A stretch of 32,000 nucleotides of DNA from Paracoccus suum (lineage in GTDB: Bacteria > Pseudomonadota > Alphaproteobacteria > Rhodobacterales > Rhodobacteraceae): NCBI RefSeq assembly GCF_003324675.1, contig NZ_CP030918.1, forward strand, positions 90,001 through 122,000, read 5' to 3'. The notes below the pieces were generated by a model. The model worked only from the letters and a program-made list of their open reading frames with translations, did not search any database and was not told the DNA's origin. Of this stretch, positions 1 to 9,850 are shown piece after piece; the first letter of the stretch is position 1; every line of letters starts with the position of its first letter. A program made the position numbers and the translations under genes.

Positions 1-1677
1 CGAGGAAACATTTTGGGCTATCCAGTCTGTCAGCGCCAGCACATTCCAAGTTTCGCCCTCGGCTGTGCGGGGGTGATGTCCTTTACCCAGCAAATAGTTT
101 TGCAAATCGCGGACGCCCGTCAAGGCCTCGGAAACGGCGCCATAATCTTGATTGCGCTCAATCGAGGCCTGAAGGATCACACCCACTCCAACCCGAACCC
201 CATTCCCCAACACCAACCGGATAACCCCCAACGCCGCCCGGCGCAGCGCATAGGGGTCTTTCGACCCGGTGGGCTTTTCATCAATCGCCCAGAACCCCGT
301 CAGCGTGTCGATCTTGTCCGCCAACGCGACGGCCACCGATACGGGCGCCGAGGGCACCGCGTCGCTCGGCCCCAGCGGCGAGTAATGATCGCGCGCCGCA
401 TCGGCTACCGCCTCCGACAGCCTCGCCGCCTGCGCGTAATAGCGGCCCATGGTGCCCTGCAATTCGGGGAACTCACCCACCATCGCCGACCGCAGATCCA
501 GCTTGGCGATCTTTGCCGCCTGCTCGGCCTCGTCTGCATCCGCGCCCACCGCAGGCGCGATCTCGCGCGCGAGCGCTGCGATCCGTTCCACCCGCTCCGC
601 CTGCGAGCCGAGCTTGGCGTGGAACGTCACTGACTTCAGCCCCTCGGCCCAGTCCGTCATCCCGGCCCTGGCCTCGCGCAGGTCTCCCTCCCAAAAGAAC
701 ACCGCATCAGACAGTCGTGCCGCCAGCACCCGCTGGTTGCCCTTCAGGATCGTCGCGCCGTCGTCCTCCGCCTCGATATTGGCGACGGTGACAAAGCCCT
801 CGATCCGGCCGGTCTTGGGGTTGCGCGCTGAAAAGAATTTCTGGTGCTCGCGCATCGAGGTTTGCAGAACCTCGGGCGGCAGGTCGAGGAAACGCGCCTC
901 AATCTCGCCCATAAGCGGCACCGGCCATTCGACCAGACCCGCGACCTCGGCCAGCAGGGCGTCGTCGGGGACGATCTCCAACCCGCGGGCAAAGGCCAGG
1001 GTCTCGGCCTGATGGCGGATCGTCTCGCGCCGCTCGGCGGGGTCGAGCATGACCTTGGCGCGGCGCAGCTTGGCGGCATAGTCGTCAAAGCTGCTCACCT
1101 GGAACGGCTCCGGCGCCATGAAGCGGTGGCCGCGCGTGGTGTTCCCGGCGCTGATCCCCTCGATCTCGAACGGGACGACACGGCTGCCGGCGTCGTCGGA
1201 CAGCAGCGCGATGATGCTGTGCAACGGGCGCACCCAGCGCAGGCTGCCCGCGCCCCAGCGCATCGACTTGGGCCAGGGGAAATCGCGGATGACGGCGCCC
1301 AGCACCTCGGCGACGATCGCCTCGGCCGGGCGGCCGGGGCGGGTCACGCTGGCAAAGAACACCTCGCCCTTCTTTTCCGCCCGTCGTTCCAACTGCTCCA
1401 GCGTCAGACCGGTGCTGCGCAGAAAGCCGTCGATCGCCGGTTGCGCGGCGTCGGTGCGCGGACCCTTGCGCTCCTCGCGGGTGGTCGGGCTTTCGGCGGA
1501 CAGCCCCTCGACCGCCAGCACCAGCCGGCGCGGCGTCGCAAAGGCCCCGGCCGAGGCATAGGTCAGGCCAGAGGTGACCAGACCCTCGGTCATCAGCCGC
1601 CGCAGGTCATCGGCCGCGCGGGCCTGCATCCGGGCGGGGATTTCCTCGGAAAACAGCTCGATCAACAGGTCGGGCAT
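1..1677 (-). CDS. glyS: Glycine--tRNA ligase beta subunit; N-terminal 559 codons, C-terminus lies beyond the window start
   Basis: Not in the ORF track because it is open at the window edge. My reverse-strand translation from the ATG at 1677-1675 reads [29 protein letters not shown]..., a typical GlyS N-terminus. A spot check at 660-610 in the same frame gives [17 protein letters not shown], which has the GlyS-like FHxKL motif. The start overlaps the upstream gene's stop (ATGA). It lies downstream of glyQ. Confidence 0.9.
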   Translation of the reverse strand, partial: MPDLLIELFSEEIPARMQARAADDLRRLMTEGLVTSGLTYASAGAFATPRRLVLAVEGLSAESPTTREERKGPRTDAAQPAIDGFLRSTGLTLEQLERRAEKKGEVFFASVTRPGRPAEAIVAEVLGAVIRDFPWPKSMRWGAGSLRWVRPLHSIIALLSDDAGSRVVPFEIEGISAGNTTRGHRFMAPEPFQVSSFDDYAAKLRRAKVMLDPAERRETIRHQAETLAFARGLEIVPDDALLAEVAGLVEWPVPLMGEIEARFLDLPPEVLQTSMREHQKFFSARNPKTGRIEGFVTVANIEAEDDGATILKGNQRVLAARLSDAVFFWEGDLREARAGMTDWAEGLKSVTFHAKLGSQAERVERIAALAREIAPAVGADADEAEQAAKIAKLDLRSAMVGEFPELQGTMGRYYAQAARLSEAVADAARDHYSPLGPSDAVPSAPVSVAVALADKIDTLTGFWAIDEKPTGSKDPYALRRAALGVIRLVLGNGVRVGVGVILQASIERNQDYGAVSEALTGVRDLQNYLLGKGHHPRTAEGETWNVLALTDWIAQNVSS

Positions 1678-2159
1678 CAGTCCATCACTCCGCGCTCGGG
1701 CGTCTTTTCGTTGAATTGGTGCCAGGCGACGCCGTGACCGTCCGGCCAGATGGCAAGGACCCGGTCGACGTCGGGTCGCACTTCGGCCGCGCCGAGATAG
1801 GCCTTTGCCTCGCCCGAGGCGAGCGCCGCCGTCACGGCACCCGAGTCGTAGCAGTCAAACCAGGACGGCCCGTTCAACGGCGTCGGCGCGGCGAACGGCA
1901 CCATGTCCGCGACCGGCGCGGGCTGCGAAAGGGTAAAGCACGCCCGCCAACGGACCGGCGAGGAATTGGCGTCGATCCCCTCGGCCGAGGCGACCGGCAG
2001 GACGCGCAGCGTGCCATCGGCAAGGGTGGCCGTGATCTGCGGGGCGACGCGGTCCTGCGGCAGGGTCTCGTAAAAGCCCCAGACCTGCATGTACCACACC
2101 CCCGCGCCGGCGGCCAAACCCGCCGCCACCAGGGCCAATGCCGGCCACTTGCCGTTCAC
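1677..2159 (-). CDS. Hypothetical membrane-anchored protein encoded between glyQ and glyS
   Basis: 160-aa ORF. The N-terminus [23 protein letters not shown] looks like a single transmembrane or signal anchor. GTG start at 2159-2157 overlaps the glyQ stop (GTGA), and its TGA stop overlaps the glyS ATG (ATGA). I cannot assign a family from the sequence. Confidence 0.6.
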   Translation of the reverse strand: MNGKWPALALVAAGLAAGAGVWYMQVWGFYETLPQDRVAPQITATLADGTLRVLPVASAEGIDANSSPVRWRACFTLSQPAPVADMVPFAAPTPLNGPSWFDCYDSGAVTAALASGEAKAYLGAAEVRPDVDRVLAIWPDGHGVAWHQFNEKTPERGVMD

Positions 2160-3085
2160 GACAGCGCGCCTTGTTGGGCTTCGGCCGCCACGAAGGCGTC
2201 CGCGCAGGCCTTGGCCAGCGTCCGGACCCGGCCGATAAACGCTTGCCGCTCGGTCACGCTGATCACGCCTCGGGCGTCGAGCAGGTTGAACAGGTGGCTC
2301 GCCTTGATCGCCTGATCATAGGCCGGCAAAGGCATGGCGATGGTGCGCCCTGCCCCGTCCTGCGGATCGGCAGCGAGGATGCGGCCGCATTCCGCCTCGG
2401 CATCCTCGAAATGCCGCAACAGCGTCGCGGTGTCGGCAATGTCAAAGTTCCAGCGCGAATACTCTCGCTCTGCCTCGCGGAAGATGTCGCCATAGGTCAA
2501 CGGGATCGGCGAGGCCGGATCGTTGAAGGGCATGTCCATGACATGCTCGACCCCCAGCACATACATCGCCAGCCGCTCCAGCCCGTAGGTCAGCTCGCCC
2601 GACACCGGGCGGCAGTCATGACCGCCGACCTGCTGGAAATAGGTGAACTGGCTGACCTCCATGCCGTCGCACCAGACCTCCCAGCCGAGGCCCCAGGCGC
2701 CGAGGGTCGGGCTTTCCCAGTCATCCTCGACAAAGCGCACGTCATGTTTCAGCGGGTCGAGGCCGATCGCACGCAGGCTGCCCAGATACAACTCCTGCAG
2801 GTCGGGCGGCGAAGGTTTGATGATGACCTGATACTGATAATAGTGTTGCAGTCGGTTCGGGTTTTCTCCGTAGCGCCCATCGGTTGGCCGGCGCGAGGGC
2901 TGGACATAGGCCGCGGCCCAAGGGCGCGGGCCAAGACTGCGCAGCGTCGTCGCGGGGTGAAAGGTTCCGGCCCCGACCTCCATGTCATAGGGTTGCAGGA
3001 TGGCGCATCCCGATGCAGCCCAGTGGCCCTGAAGGCGCAAAATCACGTCCTGAAAGCAGCGCGGGGCGGTCTGGGGGCTGGTCAT
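2156..3085 (-). CDS. glyQ: Glycine--tRNA ligase alpha subunit
   Basis: 309 aa with a strongly GlyQ-like sequence throughout ([34 protein letters not shown]...[28 protein letters not shown]...). AGGA-like Shine-Dalgarno (SD) sequence upstream of the ATG. Confidence 0.97.
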   Translation of the reverse strand: MTSPQTAPRCFQDVILRLQGHWAASGCAILQPYDMEVGAGTFHPATTLRSLGPRPWAAAYVQPSRRPTDGRYGENPNRLQHYYQYQVIIKPSPPDLQELYLGSLRAIGLDPLKHDVRFVEDDWESPTLGAWGLGWEVWCDGMEVSQFTYFQQVGGHDCRPVSGELTYGLERLAMYVLGVEHVMDMPFNDPASPIPLTYGDIFREAEREYSRWNFDIADTATLLRHFEDAEAECGRILAADPQDGAGRTIAMPLPAYDQAIKASHLFNLLDARGVISVTERQAFIGRVRTLAKACADAFVAAEAQQGALS

Positions 3086-3256
3086 GAACCCGGTCCTTTT
3101 GCATAACTGCGGCGACGGTTGGGCGCGTTCTAGGCAGGGGCCGGGGCACGGTCAATGCGACCCGCCGCACGCGACCAGACCGGGCGCGCAACACATGAGG
3201 CCGCGCAGCACGCGGCAAACAGCGCGCCAAGCGCGACGAGGACGAGGCAGGACGAG

Positions 3257-4708
3257 ATGCGGCGAGCGGGACTGATGATGCTGATGGCCGCGGTGGGCCT
3301 GCCGGGCCTGGCCGCCGCCGAGGACGCCTGGATCCGCATCGAGGCCAAGCGCGGCAATCAGGCCGAAGCGGCACTGGCCGGTTGGCGCGAGAAATTCCAG
3401 GACGTGCAGAGCTTCAAGCTGCCGAACGGCATGACCGGCATCGCGCTCGGTCCACAGGACGCCGCGGCGGCAGCCGCGCGCATGGCGCAGCTGAAGGCTG
3501 CGGGCACGATCCCGGCTGACAGCTTTCTGACAGCACCGGGCGGCATCGCGCCGCTCACCGGCGCCGCCCTCGCCGCGCAGGCCTCTGCGGGGGGTGACAC
3601 GGCCGAGCCTCCGGCCGCTCAAACGCAGGCGGGCCCCGATGGCACCCATATCCAGTTGCAGGCGACGCCCGGTCGGATTTCGGCCAACGAGGCCTTGGCG
3701 CACTGGCAGACGCGCTTCCCTGAGGCCGGTTTGTGGCGCCTGCCCGGCGGCATGTTCGTCGTCGCCCTCGCCCCGCAAACCCCCGAGGCTGCGGCCGCGC
3801 GCCTTGCCCACCTGAAGCGCGACGGCAGCGTGCCCAGCGACACCTACCTGGCCACCACGGCAGAGCTTGGGGCCGTCTTGGTCACGCCCGGACAAGCGCA
3901 GGAGCCACCGCCCGCGGACGCAGCGACACCAGAAGGCACCGCCGATCAATCGGCCCCGGCGACACCGGGGGCCGTCCCGGCCGCCGCCTCGACCGCCGGC
4001 CTCGATGTTGTCGCGTCCCCATCAGAGCCACCGGCGCCCCCCGCCCCCGCGGTCATGCCGCCGATCGAACAGGTGCAGGCCGCGCTGCGCTGGGCGGGCT
4101 TTTACGACGGACCGGTCGACGGAAAATCCGGGCCCGGCACCCGCGAGGCCATCGACAAGGAAATCGCCGCCAGCGAGCAGCCGGACCAGCCTCCGGCCGA
4201 GGCGATGATCGCCCTGATCGCCCGGCGCGAGGCGTGGCGGACCGAGATGGGCCTGACCCGCCTAGACGACGAAGCCTCGGGCCTCGGCCTCAGCGCGCCG
4301 ATGGACCGACTGGCCTTTGACCGGGTCGAGCGCGGGCTGTCGATCTATGGGCCCAAGGATGGCTCTGGCGCCGCCCTGATCCTCTTCCGCCAGGCAGGCG
4401 GCCAACAGGAAATGCTGGATATTGCGGGACTGGTGACCGCCCTCGGCTGGGTGCCACACCCCGAGCGGACGGTCACGCGCGGCGCGGTCAAATTGGCCGG
4501 CCACGACGCGCAGCATCGCGGCCATGCCGAGGCACGGGTGGCAGGCGATAAGGTCGAAGGCTGGGTGCTGATCTGGCCCGAGGAGGACGCCGAAAACGCC
4601 GCGCGCCTCGCCGTCGAGGCAAGCGAGAGCTTTTCCGCGACCCCGGCCCCTGCTCCGGTCGAAGCGTCGGCCGCGGCCTCGGGCGAGACCGCCACGCCGG
4701 CCAACTAA
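3257..4708 (+). CDS. Secreted peptidoglycan-binding protein with two SPOR-like repeats, a PG_binding_1-like domain and an uncharacterised C-terminal domain
   Basis: I chose the internal ATG at 3257 of ORF 3155..4708 because MRRAGLMMLMAAVGLPGLAAAEDA is a signal peptide. There are two similar ~67-aa modules, both ending (L)K..G.(I/V)P.D(S/T)(F/Y)L. The VQAALRWAGFYDGPVDGKSGPGTREAI motif is typical of the PG_binding_1 domain. Confidence 0.75.
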   Translation: MRRAGLMMLMAAVGLPGLAAAEDAWIRIEAKRGNQAEAALAGWREKFQDVQSFKLPNGMTGIALGPQDAAAAAARMAQLKAAGTIPADSFLTAPGGIAPLTGAALAAQASAGGDTAEPPAAQTQAGPDGTHIQLQATPGRISANEALAHWQTRFPEAGLWRLPGGMFVVALAPQTPEAAAARLAHLKRDGSVPSDTYLATTAELGAVLVTPGQAQEPPPADAATPEGTADQSAPATPGAVPAAASTAGLDVVASPSEPPAPPAPAVMPPIEQVQAALRWAGFYDGPVDGKSGPGTREAIDKEIAASEQPDQPPAEAMIALIARREAWRTEMGLTRLDDEASGLGLSAPMDRLAFDRVERGLSIYGPKDGSGAALILFRQAGGQQEMLDIAGLVTALGWVPHPERTVTRGAVKLAGHDAQHRGHAEARVAGDKVEGWVLIWPEEDAENAARLAVEASESFSATPAPAPVEASAAASGETATPAN

Positions 4709-4712
4709 TCCC

Positions 4713-6179
4713 TCAGCCTGCCACCACTTGGCTGCGCCAGAATCGCGGCAACAGCAGCACCAGCACCGACACCAGCTCGAGCCGGCCGAGGAACATGCCG
4801 GCGATCAACAGCCATTTCGCGAAACCGGGAAACTGGTCGATCGCGCCATTGTCGCTGGTCCCCGGTCCCCAGACCGGCCCGACGTTGCAAATCGAGGTCC
4901 AGGCCGCGGTCAGCGCAGTCCGCGGCGCCAGTCCGGCCAGCGACAGGCCGACGATCAGCAGACCGAAGCACAGGATGAACAAGGTCATGAACGTGACCAC
5001 CGAATCGAGCACGTCCTGCTCAAGCGGTCGCCCGTCATAACGCAGCGGCAGTATCCGGTGAGGCGAGGACATGCGCTGCAACTGCACCCGCACCGCCTCC
5101 TTCAGCACCAGGAACCGGAACACCTTGATCGAACAGCCGGTCGAGCCGGTGCAGCCGCCGATCAGCCCGCAGACGATCAGAACCCCCAGCGCGAACGGCC
5201 CCCAGGCGGACACGTCGCCAAAGCCGAAGCCGGTTCCGGAAAAGGTCGAGATCACGTTGAAGAGCGACTCGCGGAACAGCACCTCGAACCCGTCGGGGGC
5301 GCCCTCGTTCAGCCAGCGCCACAGGATGATCGCGACGACGGCTATCCCGATCCAGCGCAGATAAGCGCGCACCTGCGGATCGCGCCACAGTGCGCGCGGC
5401 CGTCCGTGGACCATCTGCACCAAGCGGATAAAGGGGATCGAGGCACCTATCATGAAAAGGCACGCCGAATACTGCGCGCCGCGCAGATGCGCGCCAAAAC
5501 TGGCGTCATGGTTGGAAAAGCCGCCCGTCGAACAGGTCGACAAGGCGTGAAACACCGCGTCATAGGGGCTCATCCCGCTGATAAGGAAGGCCACCAGGCA
5601 TGCCGCGGTCATGGCGATGTAGACCCAGGTCAGCTCTGCCGCCATGTCGAAGGCGCGCGGCAGCTCCTTGCCCATGGTGTCAAAACCCTCGCTGCGAAAG
5701 AACTGCATGCCCCCGACCCGCATCGCGGGCAGGAACAGCATCGCGACGATGACGATCCCAAGGCCGCCCAGCCAATGCAGGATGGCCCGCCACAGGTTCG
5801 CACCGGGCGGCAGCGCGTCGAGATGCGGAAATGCCGTCGTGCCGGTGGTCGTCAGTCCGGACATCGATTCGAAGATGGCGTCCGTAAAGCCGACATGCGG
5901 CGCGCCGACCATGAACGGGATTGCGCCGACCACGCAGCAGACCGACCACAGCGCGGTGGTCAGCAGGAACGCCTGCTCGACCGTCAGCGATCGCTCGTGC
6001 CCGCGTGTCGCGGTCATGATCAGCCCAGCCACGAGGGCGGTCAGCGCGCTGACAATCGCAAACGCATGCCAGTTGCTGTTGCCTTCGGACCAGTCCACGA
6101 CCATCGGAACGACCATGGTGGCCGCCATGCCGACCACGACCTTGGCCGTCGCGTATATCACCGGTCGAAGCGCCAACAT
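4713..6179 (-). CDS. trkH: TrkH-family potassium uptake membrane protein
   Basis: Polytopic membrane protein with TrkH-like motifs (FESMSGLTTTGTTAF, STCSTGGFSNHD, ISTFSGTGFGFGD). I chose the internal ATG at 6179 (MLALRPVIY...). The 42-aa Arg/Gly-rich extension in the ORF track looks non-coding. Confidence 0.9.
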   Translation of the reverse strand: MLALRPVIYATAKVVVGMAATMVVPMVVDWSEGNSNWHAFAIVSALTALVAGLIMTATRGHERSLTVEQAFLLTTALWSVCCVVGAIPFMVGAPHVGFTDAIFESMSGLTTTGTTAFPHLDALPPGANLWRAILHWLGGLGIVIVAMLFLPAMRVGGMQFFRSEGFDTMGKELPRAFDMAAELTWVYIAMTAACLVAFLISGMSPYDAVFHALSTCSTGGFSNHDASFGAHLRGAQYSACLFMIGASIPFIRLVQMVHGRPRALWRDPQVRAYLRWIGIAVVAIILWRWLNEGAPDGFEVLFRESLFNVISTFSGTGFGFGDVSAWGPFALGVLIVCGLIGGCTGSTGCSIKVFRFLVLKEAVRVQLQRMSSPHRILPLRYDGRPLEQDVLDSVVTFMTLFILCFGLLIVGLSLAGLAPRTALTAAWTSICNVGPVWGPGTSDNGAIDQFPGFAKWLLIAGMFLGRLELVSVLVLLLPRFWRSQVVAG

Positions 6180-6387
6180 GCCGCCTGATTGGCCCGCCCC
6201 GCGCGGACGGTCAAGCGCGCCGCGAGCGCCCCGCAACGCACGCATCAAATTCGCACCGCCGCCGCTGCGCGCGCGCCTGCGACACAATGGCACTGCACGC
6301 GACACCGCTTGCGATGCGCCGCTGCGGCCCTAGGATGCGCCGCCAGACGCTAGGGCCTCCCTGGCCACCTGTTTCGGAAGGACCAAT

Positions 6388-9300
6388 ATGTTCCGCAAGA
6401 TCCTCGTCGCCAATCGCGGTGAAATCGCTATCCGCGTGCTGCGCGCGGCAAACGAACTGGGCAAACGCACCGTCGCCGTCTACGCCGAGGAGGATAAACT
6501 GAGCCTGCACCGCTTCAAGGCGGACGAGGCTTATCGCATCGGCGAGGGCCTCGGGCCCGTTGCGGCCTACCTTTCTATCCCGGAAATCATCCGCGTGGCG
6601 CGCGCGTCCGGCGCCGACGCGATCCACCCCGGCTATGGCCTTCTGTCCGAGAACCCGGAGTTCGTGGACGCCTGCACCGAAGCAGGCATCGCCTTTATCG
6701 GCCCGACGGCCGAGACGATGCGCGCCTTGGGCGACAAGGCCAGTGCCCGCCGCGTCGCGATCGAGGCCGGCGTTCCGGTCATTCCCGCCACCGACGTGCT
6801 GGGCGACGACATGGCCGAGGTCGCGCGTCAGGCCGAGGCGGTCGGCTATCCGCTGATGCTGAAGGCCAGTTGGGGCGGGGGCGGGCGCGGCATGCGTCCG
6901 ATCACCGGCCCGGGCGAGTTGGAAGGCAAGGTCCGCGAGGGCCGCCGCGAGGCCGAGGCCGCCTTTGGCAATGGCGAGGGTTATCTGGAAAAGATGATCC
7001 TGCGCGCCCGCCACGTCGAGGTGCAGTTGCTGGGCGATTCGCACGGCCACCTCTATCACCTCTTCGAGCGTGACTGCACCGTCCAGCGCCGCAACCAGAA
7101 GGTCGTCGAGCGCGCGCCCGCCCCCTACCTCACCGACGAGCAGCGGGCCGAGGTCTGCGGCCTCGCGCTGAAGATCGGCCAGGCGGTCGGCTATCGCAAC
7201 GCAGGCACGGTCGAGTTCCTGATGGACATCGACAGCGGCGCGTTCTTCTTCATCGAGGTCAACCCGCGCGTTCAGGTCGAACACACCGTCACCGAGGAGG
7301 TAACGGGCATCGACATCGTCCAGGCCCAGATCCGCATCGCCGAGGGCGAGACGCTGGCCGCCGCGACCGGCGCGCCGAGCCAAGCCGATATCACGCTGTC
7401 AGGCCACGCGATCCAGTGCCGCGTCACGACCGAGGACCCGCAGAACAACTTCATCCCCGACTACGGCCGCCTGACCGCCTATCGCACCGCGACCGGCATG
7501 GGCATCCGGCTGGACGGCGGAAACGCCTATCCCGGTGCGGTGGTGACGCGCTTTTACGACTCGCTGCTGGTCAAGGTTACCGCCTGGGCACAGACCCCGG
7601 ACCAGGCCATCCGCCGCATGGACCGCGCCCTGCGCGAGTTCCGCGTCCGGGGCGTCAGCACGAATATCGATTTCGTCATCAACCTGCTGAAGCATCCCAC
7701 GTTCCTCGCGAACGAGGCGACAACCAAGTTCATCGACACAACGCCGGCGCTGTTCCACTTCCGCCAGCGGCAGGACCGCGCGACCAAGATCCTGACCTAC
7801 ATCGCCGACATCACGGTCAACGGCCATCCGGAGACCGCGGGCCGCCCCCTGCCCCCGGCAGAGCCGCGCAGCCTGCGCGCGCCCGAGCCCGTCGTGTCCC
7901 CGCCCCCGGCCGGCACCCGCCAGTTGCTGGAGGCAGAGGGCCCCCAGGCGGTCGCTGACTGGATGGCGGCCCAAACCCGTCTGCTGATCACCGACACCAC
8001 TATGCGCGACGGACACCAATCGCTGCTGGCCACGCGCATGCGCAGCATCGACATGATCCGCGTCGCGCCCAGCTATGCCGCCAACCTGCCGGGTCTTTTC
8101 AGTGTCGAGTGCTGGGGCGGGGCGACCTTCGATGTCGCCTACCGCTTCTTGCAGGAATGCCCCTGGCAGCGCTTGCGCGACATCCGCGCAGCCATGCCCA
8201 ACATCATGACCCAGATGCTGCTGCGGGCCAGCAACGGCGTCGGCTACACCAACTATCCCGATAACGTCGTGCAGGCCTTCGTCGCCCGTGCGGCCGTGAG
8301 CGGGGTCGACGTGTTCCGCGTGTTCGACAGCCTCAACTGGGTGCCGAACATGCGGGTCGCCATGGACGCGGTGGTCGAGGCCGGCAAGCTGTGCGAGGGC
8401 GCCGTCTGCTATACCGGCGATATCCTCGACCCCGACCGGGCCAAGTATGATCTGCGCTATTACGTCCAGACCGGCAAGGAACTGCGCGATGCCGGCGCCC
8501 ATGTGCTGGGCGTCAAGGACATGGCGGGCCTGCTGAAACCCGCCGCTGCCCGCGTCCTGATGGAGGCGCTGCGCGACGAGGTCGGCCTGCCGATCCATTT
8601 CCACACGCATGACACCTCCGGCCTTGCCGGGGCCACCGTGCTGGCTGCGGCCGAGGCGGGCGTTGCCGCGGTCGATGCGGCGATGGACGCCTTTTCCGGC
8701 GGGACCTCGCAGCCCTGCCTTGGCAGCATCGTCGAGGCACTGCATCACGCCCCCCGCGATACCGGCCTCGACATCAAGGCGATCCGGGCGATCAGCAACT
8801 ACTGGGAGGCCGTGCGCGCCGAATATGCCGCCTTTGAAAGCGGCACCCAGGCCCCAGCGTCCGAGGTCTGGCTGCACGAGATGCCTGGCGGCCAGTTCAC
8901 CAACCTGAAGGCCCAGGCGCGCAGCCTCGGGCTGGAAGATCGCTGGCACGAGGTGGCGCAGGCCTATGCCGACGCCAACGCCATGTTCGGCGATATCGTC
9001 AAGGTCACGCCGTCCTCCAAGGTGGTCGGCGACATGGCGCTGATGATGGTCGCGCAGGGCCTCAGCCGCGCGCAGGTCGAGGATCCGGCGGTCGAGGTCA
9101 GCTTCCCCGAATCCGTGGTCGACATGCTGCACGGCAACCTTGGCCAACCGCCGGGCGGCTGGCCCTCGGCCTTGCAGGCCAAGGTGCTGAAGGGCGATGC
9201 ACCGATCACCGACCGGCCTGGCGCGCACCTGCCGCCCGTCGATCTGGAGGCCGCGCGCTCGACCGTCTCGGCCGAGCTGGAGGGTGCGCAGATCGATGAC

Positions 9301-9828
9301 GAGGATCTGATGGGCTACCTGATGTATCCCAAGGTGTTCCTCGACTACATGGCGCGCCACAAGATCTATGGCCCGGTGCGCACTCTGCCGACGCGAACAT
9401 TCTTTTACGGGATGGAGCCGGGGGATCAGATCAGCGCCGAGATCGACCCCGGCAAGACGCTGGAAATCCGCCTGCAGACCATCGCCGAGGCGGACGAGAC
9501 CGGCGAGGCCAAGGTGTTCTTCGAACTCAACGGCCAGCCGCGCAGCGTTCGGATCCCGAACCGCAAAATCAAGGCAACGGCCACGGCCCGGCCCAAGGCC
9601 GACCCCGCCAATGCCGGCCAGATCGGCGCCCCGATGCCGGGCGTTGTCGCCAGCGTCGCCGCCCGCGCGGGCCAGGCGGTCAAGCCGGGCGACCTGCTGC
9701 TGACCATCGAGGCGATGAAGATGGAGACGGCGCTGCATGCCGACCGCGCGGGCACCATCCGCGCCGTCCACGTCGCCCCCGGCCAGCAGATCGACGCCAA
9801 GGACCTGCTGATCGAAATGGAGGCCTGA
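6388..9828 (+). CDS. pyc: Pyruvate carboxylase (single-chain, biotin-dependent)
   Basis: 1146 aa. It has a biotin carboxylase N-terminus (MFRKILVANRGEIAIRVLRAANELG), a carboxyltransferase centre (TTMRDGHQSLLATRMR), and a C-terminal biotinyl domain with the EAMKME motif. GGAAGGA SD sequence upstream. Confidence 0.97.
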   Translation: MFRKILVANRGEIAIRVLRAANELGKRTVAVYAEEDKLSLHRFKADEAYRIGEGLGPVAAYLSIPEIIRVARASGADAIHPGYGLLSENPEFVDACTEAGIAFIGPTAETMRALGDKASARRVAIEAGVPVIPATDVLGDDMAEVARQAEAVGYPLMLKASWGGGGRGMRPITGPGELEGKVREGRREAEAAFGNGEGYLEKMILRARHVEVQLLGDSHGHLYHLFERDCTVQRRNQKVVERAPAPYLTDEQRAEVCGLALKIGQAVGYRNAGTVEFLMDIDSGAFFFIEVNPRVQVEHTVTEEVTGIDIVQAQIRIAEGETLAAATGAPSQADITLSGHAIQCRVTTEDPQNNFIPDYGRLTAYRTATGMGIRLDGGNAYPGAVVTRFYDSLLVKVTAWAQTPDQAIRRMDRALREFRVRGVSTNIDFVINLLKHPTFLANEATTKFIDTTPALFHFRQRQDRATKILTYIADITVNGHPETAGRPLPPAEPRSLRAPEPVVSPPPAGTRQLLEAEGPQAVADWMAAQTRLLITDTTMRDGHQSLLATRMRSIDMIRVAPSYAANLPGLFSVECWGGATFDVAYRFLQECPWQRLRDIRAAMPNIMTQMLLRASNGVGYTNYPDNVVQAFVARAAVSGVDVFRVFDSLNWVPNMRVAMDAVVEAGKLCEGAVCYTGDILDPDRAKYDLRYYVQTGKELRDAGAHVLGVKDMAGLLKPAAARVLMEALRDEVGLPIHFHTHDTSGLAGATVLAAAEAGVAAVDAAMDAFSGGTSQPCLGSIVEALHHAPRDTGLDIKAIRAISNYWEAVRAEYAAFESGTQAPASEVWLHEMPGGQFTNLKAQARSLGLEDRWHEVAQAYADANAMFGDIVKVTPSSKVVGDMALMMVAQGLSRAQVEDPAVEVSFPESVVDMLHGNLGQPPGGWPSALQAKVLKGDAPITDRPGAHLPPVDLEAARSTVSAELEGAQIDDEDLMGYLMYPKVFLDYMARHKIYGPVRTLPTRTFFYGMEPGDQISAEIDPGKTLEIRLQTIAEADETGEAKVFFELNGQPRSVRIPNRKIKATATARPKADPANAGQIGAPMPGVVASVAARAGQAVKPGDLLLTIEAMKMETALHADRAGTIRAVHVAPGQQIDAKDLLIEMEA

Positions 9829-9850
9829 CCGGCCCGCCAGGACGGCGCGG

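Noticed and set aside
3155-3256. N-terminal extensions of real genes as listed in the ORF track: 3155, 6305, 15286, 17191, 16839, 21195, 22627, 23341 and 25763.
   Set aside because: The extensions are Arg/Pro/Ala-rich and lack family similarity. Some overlap neighbouring genes. They precede internal ATGs that have better SD sequences and give canonical N-termini or signal peptides. I trimmed these genes to the internal starts.
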